Assembly: GCA_020137815.1 (NCBI GenBank)
Contig: CM035360.1
Location: 8,007,556-8,071,555 of the forward strand
Source: Hormiphora californensis
Taxonomy: Eukaryota > Animalia > Ctenophora
DNA length: 64,000 nucleotides
Direction: 5' to 3'
The translations under genes and the position numbers were made by a program. The notes beneath the pieces are model-generated. The model searched no databases, was not told the DNA's origin, and worked only from the letters and a program-made list of their open reading frames with translations. Of the stretch, positions 62,986-64,000 are shown piece after piece. Each line of letters opens with the position of its first letter. Position 1 is the stretch's first letter.

Positions 62986-64000
62986 TATTAATTTTTGAAG
63001 TGAATCAAAGCGGGTTTGTTACCCCTACTCAGGCCGCTTCGCGGCCTTCGTTTGGCGTGCTTCGCACGCCGCGCCGGCAAGGGAGGGGTAACTTCGTTAC
63101 CAACATTCCACCCAGGGTTGGCTCCTTCAAAACGGGATGCGTGTTGTTCATTTAATGCGGAGAGCAACTGCCCATACACAGCATGAGAGTCGCCTACGAC
63201 GATAGATTCGCATGAGCACGATTTCCTGTTAGTGCATGAGTGCCTGAGATCTTGCTTGAGAGCTGTTTCAAGCGTGCTCTTCTCATTGTCGTGTGGGAGC
63301 TCATTGCGAGAAAGAGAACAGGGATGAATTATGAGGATGAACCACTAGGCCAGGTGACTTCACATAAACGCACTTATATTTTCCAGCTTGAGAAACCGAT
63401 TGTATAGATCTTTCGGCTGTCACTGAAGGCTCAGATAGCGTTCTACGTCTCTCGCCCAAAATGGGTGATTCAGAGGCCATGTGGAGGTTGCCGTGTCTCT
63501 GATTCAGGTGGGACCGTTCATTTTTACCCTTAGGGATGGAGAGAATATCATTGGGCTTCCTGGTCTGGTAGGGTGATGGTCGGTGGGATGAACGGTGCTG
63601 GACCCGAACTATTAACGAGGTTTCTGCTGTAACTGTATCGTCAACAATTGATAGATCGGAAATATTGACGTAAGATAATTCGAGCAGGTTGGTGTCACTG
63701 CTGGTATCGGAGCGACCTACGGCAAGATTGAGGGCCAGGAGAAAGAAGCTGTTCAGTGTGGAAGAGAACGGAAAGCTCATTTCACCAGGGTTGTTTAGCA
63801 AGTGGGGATCCGATTTGTTAAGTGTGTGTTCAAAAAAGTAAGGTCTAAATAGAATATTCTAAGATAACTCACACAAATCGAACACGCACCAAACAGTCCT
63901 TGTGATACTTAACAAACAACTCACGACCCGCGGTTCGTATTTTCTTCTTGGTTCCTTCTCTCTTCGTGCACCGGAGCCCGTCCCTGAGGGAGGGTCGTGT

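Overview
Repeat-dense genomic DNA from an invertebrate animal. It has GT-AG introns and no obvious CpG depletion, and several repeats recall ctenophore (Pleurobrachia-like) sequence, though that assignment is from memory and unverified. Two host genes lie tail-to-tail: the last exon of an ABCC/MRP-type ABC transporter (+, 1176-1361) and a six-exon, ~39.4-kb stathmin-domain gene resembling STMND1 (-, 48123 to 8712) that I assembled by hand from splice sites. Almost everything else is nested mobile DNA. Retroelement fragments are LOA/R1-like, I/Nimb-like, HERO-like, CR1-group, CRE and RTE. DNA elements include an apparently intact FLYWCH-MULE (Phantom-like) transposon, non-autonomous PIF/Harbinger, Kolobok, piggyBac, hAT and Tc1/pogo-like elements, foldbacks, a Helitron and a Helentron. 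The most unusual signals are: (i) three sequence-unrelated insertions sharing one architecture, a 12-14-bp target duplication around a near-perfect fold-back palindrome plus a single-copy tail; (ii) 58-77-bp elements with TTG...CAA ends and 8-9-bp TSDs; (iii) a tRNA-like Pol III unit in the loop of an inverted repeat; (iv) multi-hairpin elements built on GAA loops. All coordinates were counted by eye and family names come from motif recognition, not database searches.
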